NCBI GenBank assembly: GCA_044370475.1
Contig: JBILVK010000003.1
Span: 12,452 to 76,451, forward strand
Reading direction: 5' to 3'
DNA from: Bacteroidia bacterium
Lineage (GTDB): Bacteria; Bacteroidota; Bacteroidia; UKL13-3
DNA: 64,000 nt
The translations under genes were made by a program, and so were the position numbers. Positions within the stretch are counted from its first letter, which is position 1, and each line of letters begins with the position of its first letter. Shown in pieces: positions 59,501 through 64,000 of this stretch. The notes under the pieces are model-generated. The model ran no database searches and was not told the DNA's origin. It saw nothing but the letters and a program-made list of their open reading frames with translations.

Positions 59501-60571
59501 CTATGCGTTGCTTTTTTCGAAATCTTGCATGGCATCTACTAGGGCTTGTACACTTTCTATGTCTAATGCATTATATAAAGAAGCACGTAATCCACCTACC
59601 GAACGATGTCCTTTTAATCCGCTTAAGTTTCTGTCTTTACACAACTTTAAGAAAGCCTCTTCGTGGTCTTTGTTGGTAAGCACAAAGTTTACATTCATGC
59701 GGCTGCGGTCTTCTACTACAACTGTACCCACAAACAAAGGATTGCGGTCTATTTCTGCATACAATAAATCTGCTTTTGCTTTGTTTCTTACCTCCATGGC
59801 CTCTAGGCCAATTTCTTTGATCCAACGCAAAGTATGCATACATACAAAGATGGCAAACACACTTGGCGTATTGTACATACTACCATTCTCAACATGCACC
59901 TTATAATTTAACATGGTAGGCACTTTTGCATTGGCTTTCTCTAAGAATGATTTCTTAATAATAACCAAGGTAGTACCTGCAGGACCCATATTTTTTTGAG
60001 CACCCGCGTATATCATATCAAATTGAGTAGCATCAAAAGGCCTGCTAAAAATATCAGAACTCATGTCGCATATTAATGGAACAGGTGAGCTAGGAAAGCT
60101 AAACATTTCTGTTCCGTAAATGGTATTGTTGCTGGTGCAATGGTAATAAGCAGCATCTGCTGGAATGGCATAATCCTTTGGAATATAGTTGAAGTTTTTG
60201 TCCTCACCAGACGCCAATACATTTACCTCACCAAACATTTTGGCCTCCTTAATGGCTCTACCTGCCCAAACACCTGTGTTTACATAAGCAGCAGATTTGC
60301 CAGCAGGCAAGAAGTTCATAGGAATCATATCAAATTGAAGACTTGCTCCACCTTGTAAAAAGATTACCTCATAGTCGTTGCCTAAATTCAAAATTTCCTT
60401 CACCAATTGAGTGGCCTCAGAAACTACAGCTTCATACTCCTTGCTTCTATGCGAAACCTCGATGAGAGATAAGCCTGTTCCAGAAAAATTTTGTAGCGCA
60501 GAAATACTGGCATCAATTGCAGATTGGGGTAAAATTGCCGGACCTGCAGAGAAATTATGTACTTTGGTCAT
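59501..60571 (-). CDS. serC: 3-phosphoserine/phosphohydroxythreonine aminotransferase.
   Basis: N-terminus MTKVHNFSAGPAILPQSAI and a PLP-lysine region typical of SerC. Confidence 0.85.
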   Translation of the reverse strand: MTKVHNFSAGPAILPQSAIDASISALQNFSGTGLSLIEVSHRSKEYEAVVSEATQLVKEILNLGNDYEVIFLQGGASLQFDMIPMNFLPAGKSAAYVNTGVWAGRAIKEAKMFGEVNVLASGEDKNFNYIPKDYAIPADAAYYHCTSNNTIYGTEMFSFPSSPVPLICDMSSDIFSRPFDATQFDMIYAGAQKNMGPAGTTLVIIKKSFLEKANAKVPTMLNYKVHVENGSMYNTPSVFAIFVCMHTLRWIKEIGLEAMEVRNKAKADLLYAEIDRNPLFVGTVVVEDRSRMNVNFVLTNKDHEEAFLKLCKDRNLSGLKGHRSVGGLRASLYNALDIESVQALVDAMQDFEKSNA

Positions 60572-60643
60572 ATTGTTTAGCGTTAATAGCAGTGCGAATT
60601 AATAAAACCTTGACCGAATTTTATTCATATAATTGATTTATTT

Positions 60644-61225
60644 TTGCCCAACATGAAAAAACTATCCATATTATTACTCACCTTTCTTGTTTTAGGTCTG
60701 AACACAAAGGCCCAAAGAAAGCTGCAACAGCTAGACGAAGAGGAAGCTAAGAAGCAGGAACAGTTAAAAGCATATGAAGGTAAAAGAACTGGCTTTGATC
60801 CCGAAAAATTAACATACGGAGGAAATGTTGGCGGAGGATTTAGTGGAACATACGGCTATTTTTTGGCTCAGCCCATGGTTGGTTATAAGGTAAAACCAAA
60901 AACCATCTTGGGAACGGGCTTCACTTATATCTACGAATCACAAAAAATTAACAATAAAACCTATAGCTCCTCGGCTTATGGTCCAATTTTATTTGCCAGA
61001 CAAGGTTTAATAGGAAATTTCTTTGCACATGCAGAATGGGCTCCTATGAATTACGAAGTATTTAAAACACCTACTATTTCTGAAAGGCAATGGTTTAACC
61101 AATTATTTGTGGGCGGAGGAACGGGCGGACAAGGAGCGCAAGTATATGTATTATATAATGTATTGCACTACCAGAATCCTTATGCTACTAGTCCGTGGTA
61201 TTTTAGAATTGGCCTTATGTTCTAA
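60644..61225 (+). CDS. Hypothetical secreted or outer-membrane protein.
   Basis: 193 aa with signal peptide MKKLSILLLTFLVLGLNTKAQ. Confidence 0.4.
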   Translation: MPNMKKLSILLLTFLVLGLNTKAQRKLQQLDEEEAKKQEQLKAYEGKRTGFDPEKLTYGGNVGGGFSGTYGYFLAQPMVGYKVKPKTILGTGFTYIYESQKINNKTYSSSAYGPILFARQGLIGNFFAHAEWAPMNYEVFKTPTISERQWFNQLFVGGGTGGQGAQVYVLYNVLHYQNPYATSPWYFRIGLMF

Positions 61226-61238
61226 ATTTTGGGATAAT

Positions 61239-61847
61239 TTAGAATTGGTTCAGAAAGAATTTAAATACTTGAGGTTTAAAAACGAGGGTAAAAATGATGC
61301 CATAAATTGCTCCATATAAGTGAGCTTCATGGTTTACATTATCATTGTTTTTTTGCGAAGAATATTGCGAGTAAACTAAGTACAAAATTCCACCAATATA
61401 ACCTGGAATTCCAATGATGCCATAGAGGTAAATTTTGGCAGTAGGTTGAAATAAAATAGAAGCAAATACTACCGCGGAAACCGCTCCAGATGCTCCCAGC
61501 GCGTTATAACCTGGATTATTTTGCTGACGGTAATAGGTGCTTGCATTGGCAGCTACAATGCTACTTAAATACAATAATATATAGACCCAAATAGAAGCGC
61601 TTCCAAAGAAGTAAGCATAGTAGTGTTCTACCACGGGACCAAAGCTAAAAAGTACGAACATATTTACAAGGAGGTGCATCCAATCTGCGTGTAAAAATCC
61701 GGAGCTGAGAAACCTTATCCATTCATTTCTGTTTTTGATGGTATAGGGATTAAAAATTAATTTGTTCATCAATTGTGTGTTGCTAAAAGCTTGAATGCTT
61801 AAAATTGCAGTAACGGCAATGATGATGATGCTTATGCTAAAATTCAT
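61239..61847 (-). CDS. Rhomboid family intramembrane serine protease.
   Basis: 202 aa with the GASGAVSAVVFA (GxSG) motif and a downstream catalytic His in a TM helix. Confidence 0.75.
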   Translation of the reverse strand: MNFSISIIIIAVTAILSIQAFSNTQLMNKLIFNPYTIKNRNEWIRFLSSGFLHADWMHLLVNMFVLFSFGPVVEHYYAYFFGSASIWVYILLYLSSIVAANASTYYRQQNNPGYNALGASGAVSAVVFASILFQPTAKIYLYGIIGIPGYIGGILYLVYSQYSSQKNNDNVNHEAHLYGAIYGIIFTLVFKPQVFKFFLNQF

Positions 61848-61881
61848 GCCTCAAAACTAACAAAAATTTAGACGAATAGCG

Positions 61882-62376
61882 ATGAAACAAATTGGGATAC
61901 TAAGTGATACACATGGTTATTTGCCACCTGCCTTAAAAGAATTCTTTGCAAATTGTGATGAGATTTGGCATGCAGGAGATTGGGGAACTAAGGCGCTGGT
62001 GGAGGATTTGGAGCAGTTTAAACCCTTACGTGGTGTATATGGAAATATAGATGGAACAGAGATAAGGCAAATAGTTCCAGAAACAAATTATTTTGAGGTA
62101 GAAGGCCTTTGGGTTTTCATGATTCACATTGGTGGATACCCAGATCATTATGCCCCAAATTTTAAGAAATGGATAGGAAAGCAAAAAATTGACATTATGG
62201 TGTGCGGACATTCACATATTTTGCGGGTAATGAAAGATGTGAAGCATAATTGGCTTCATATAAACCCGGGAGCATGTGGAAATCATGGTTTTCAAAAGGT
62301 TAATACGGCGCTTAGGTTTAAAATACATGACAAAAAAATGACTGATTTAGAGGTCTGGGAGCAAAAAAGAGGATAA
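61882..62376 (+). CDS. Metallophosphoesterase (YfcE-like phosphodiesterase).
   Basis: 164 aa with motifs SDTHG, GD, GNID and GHSH. Confidence 0.75.
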   Translation: MKQIGILSDTHGYLPPALKEFFANCDEIWHAGDWGTKALVEDLEQFKPLRGVYGNIDGTEIRQIVPETNYFEVEGLWVFMIHIGGYPDHYAPNFKKWIGKQKIDIMVCGHSHILRVMKDVKHNWLHINPGACGNHGFQKVNTALRFKIHDKKMTDLEVWEQKRG

Positions 62377-62518
62377 ATCCACGCAACCTTGCTAAATATT
62401 GGATTGACTTATTTAAATAAAATATTATTTTGCTCACCAAATTATGGGCTGGTGCGGTTGGTATTTGTGAAAAAGTGCTTGGTTCGAACCGAAAAAAAAA
62501 GAAAAAAAGAGTAGATAT

Positions 62519-64000
62519 ATGAAAAAATTATTACTAGCTGGCGCCTTTATTCTTGCCGGAATGAGCGGTTTTGCTCAGGAAAAAAATCATTCATGTGGAA
62601 CTGATGAACATTTGCAAGCGCAAATAAAATCGAATCCAGAAATGAAGATTGCGAAAGATCGCTTTGAATCTAACATGCGTGCTGCAATGGCCAATTATAA
62701 CCCGGCCGATTACAGAACAAAAAGTGGATTAGGAAAAAAGGCAAATCCAAAGTACATTATTCCAGTGGTGGTGCATGTTTTTCATTCTAATGGAAGCGAA
62801 AACATTAGTGAGGCGCAAATTCAATCTGAGATTAATTACCTGAACAGAAGTTTCAGAAATACCAATGCGGATAGTATTTACAGAAGAAGTGGCATGTTTA
62901 TCACTTCAACTGGCGACACTCATTATTATGATTATAAAAACTTGGCAGCGGATTCAGAAATTGAGTTTCGTTTGGCGAGGAAAGACCCTAATGGAAAATG
63001 TACCAATGGTATTGTGCGCATTTACACTCCATTAACAAATAAGGGCAATGATGAGTTAAAGAAAACCAGTGTTTGGGATACCAAAAGGTATTTTAACATG
63101 TGGGTTGTAAAGCAAATTAACAAAGGTAATACCATTGGTATTGCTGGTTATGCGCAGTTTCCTTTTGGATTTGGTGGTGGTGCATCTACCGATGGTATCA
63201 TGGTTATGGCATCTTATTTTGGAACCAATGATGCAACGGTTACGCATGAGGCTGGGCATTGGTTTGGCTTATATCATCCCTTTCAGATTTCATCTGATAG
63301 TTGTGGTTTAGATGGTGATGGTGTATTAGATACCCCTCCTACTTATTTTAATCCAACCACTTCTGAGCCATTGCGCAACAAATGTAATAATAAGAGCTTT
63401 AATACTTGTTCTACAGAGAAGCCAGATGTACCAGATATGCAAGAAGCTTATATGGATTACTTTACGGGTGTTTGTTCTAGTAACATGTTTACCTTAGAGC
63501 AAAAAGCGCGTATGCATAAGGTATTAGACCAAATAAGAGTTACATTATGGCAACCAGAAAACTTGGAAAGAACAGGTGTTTTAGAAACTGGTCCAACCAC
63601 TTGCGAGCCTATTGCAGCATTTAATACACAAGCTAAAACTGTTTGTGCAGGAAACAAAGTTCAGTTTTTGGATTATTCTTATAGAGGAACCATTAGCTCA
63701 TATGAGTGGACATTTGAAGGTGGATCACCAGCGACCTTTACTGGCAAGACTCCTCCGCAAATTCAGTACGACGTAGCAGGAAACTACGATGTTACCTTAA
63801 AAGTAACTAATGCAAACGGAACCAACACGTCTACCTTAACTGATTATGTGAATGTATTACCTGCGGGCAGTTCATTGCCAGCCGGATATTATACAGCTGA
63901 TTGGTGGTACCAAAACAACTACGAAGAAAAAGGTTGGGTATTTACTTACGAGAATGAGTTTAACAAGTTTAAGCGTTATGGTATTTCATACAATCAAAAT
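62519..64000 (+). CDS. M43 (pappalysin-like) zinc metalloprotease with a C-terminal PKD domain. Partial, continuing beyond the window end.
   Basis: No stop before position 64000 in this frame. Signal peptide MKKLLLAGAFILAGMSGFAQ, metzincin motif HEAGHWFGLYH, and PKD-like region ...GNYDVTLKVTNANG. Confidence 0.7.
   Translation, partial: MKKLLLAGAFILAGMSGFAQEKNHSCGTDEHLQAQIKSNPEMKIAKDRFESNMRAAMANYNPADYRTKSGLGKKANPKYIIPVVVHVFHSNGSENISEAQIQSEINYLNRSFRNTNADSIYRRSGMFITSTGDTHYYDYKNLAADSEIEFRLARKDPNGKCTNGIVRIYTPLTNKGNDELKKTSVWDTKRYFNMWVVKQINKGNTIGIAGYAQFPFGFGGGASTDGIMVMASYFGTNDATVTHEAGHWFGLYHPFQISSDSCGLDGDGVLDTPPTYFNPTTSEPLRNKCNNKSFNTCSTEKPDVPDMQEAYMDYFTGVCSSNMFTLEQKARMHKVLDQIRVTLWQPENLERTGVLETGPTTCEPIAAFNTQAKTVCAGNKVQFLDYSYRGTISSYEWTFEGGSPATFTGKTPPQIQYDVAGNYDVTLKVTNANGTNTSTLTDYVNVLPAGSSLPAGYYTADWWYQNNYEEKGWVFTYENEFNKFKRYGISYNQN

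Overview
AT-rich Bacteroidota chromosomal window, probably a gliding Sphingobacteriia, Chitinophagia or Cytophagia-like organism. It is dense with type IX secretion (T9SS) cargo. Part 1: the minus strand carries a complete 14-gene NADH:quinone oxidoreductase operon (nuoA to nuoN, with nuoC and nuoD separate and a short NuoG). Upstream of nuoA lie mazG, a DUF1015 gene, a serA-like dehydrogenase and serC. Downstream lies an exbB-exbD-exbD-tonB cluster followed by PstS-family and TPR genes. Other housekeeping genes are valS, rplS, trmD and mpl. At least six very large secreted repeat proteins are present, carrying parallel beta-helix, PKD, delta-60/beta-propeller-like and SBBP repeats, with T9SS type A or type B C-terminal sorting domains. 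Smaller genes include a MarR-like regulator, a rhomboid protease, an MBL hydrolase, an ICMT-like methyltransferase, a GNAT acetyltransferase, an M43 metalloprotease (partial) and three TonB C-terminal-domain paralogs. I found no rRNA, tRNA, CRISPR array or transposase. Part 2, the most notable observations: (1) a 10-mer family GGTYYGAACC (extended TTYCGGTYYGAACCAA) occurs at least 16 times, in genes in several reading frames and in short intergenic gaps, far above chance, and may be a DUS/USS-like genome-signature motif. (2) A HepT/MntA (HEPN/nucleotidyltransferase) toxin-antitoxin pair sits between nuoF and nuoG inside the nuo operon. (3) A 3.3-kb T9SS adhesin gene is bracketed by about 280-bp direct repeats and arrays of 25-bp and 62-bp hairpin-bearing units, with an (AAAT)16 microsatellite in its promoter region. 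(4) A mosaic family of oligonucleotide-repeat spacers (GGTCTTT, AGCTGTT, CTGGCTG) lies in intergenic regions, including inside the nuo operon between nuoD and nuoE, and also in frame within valS. (5) Several families of conserved-core hairpin repeats were found (GGATT-ACA-AATCC cores and 15-bp-stem GAA-loop hairpins).
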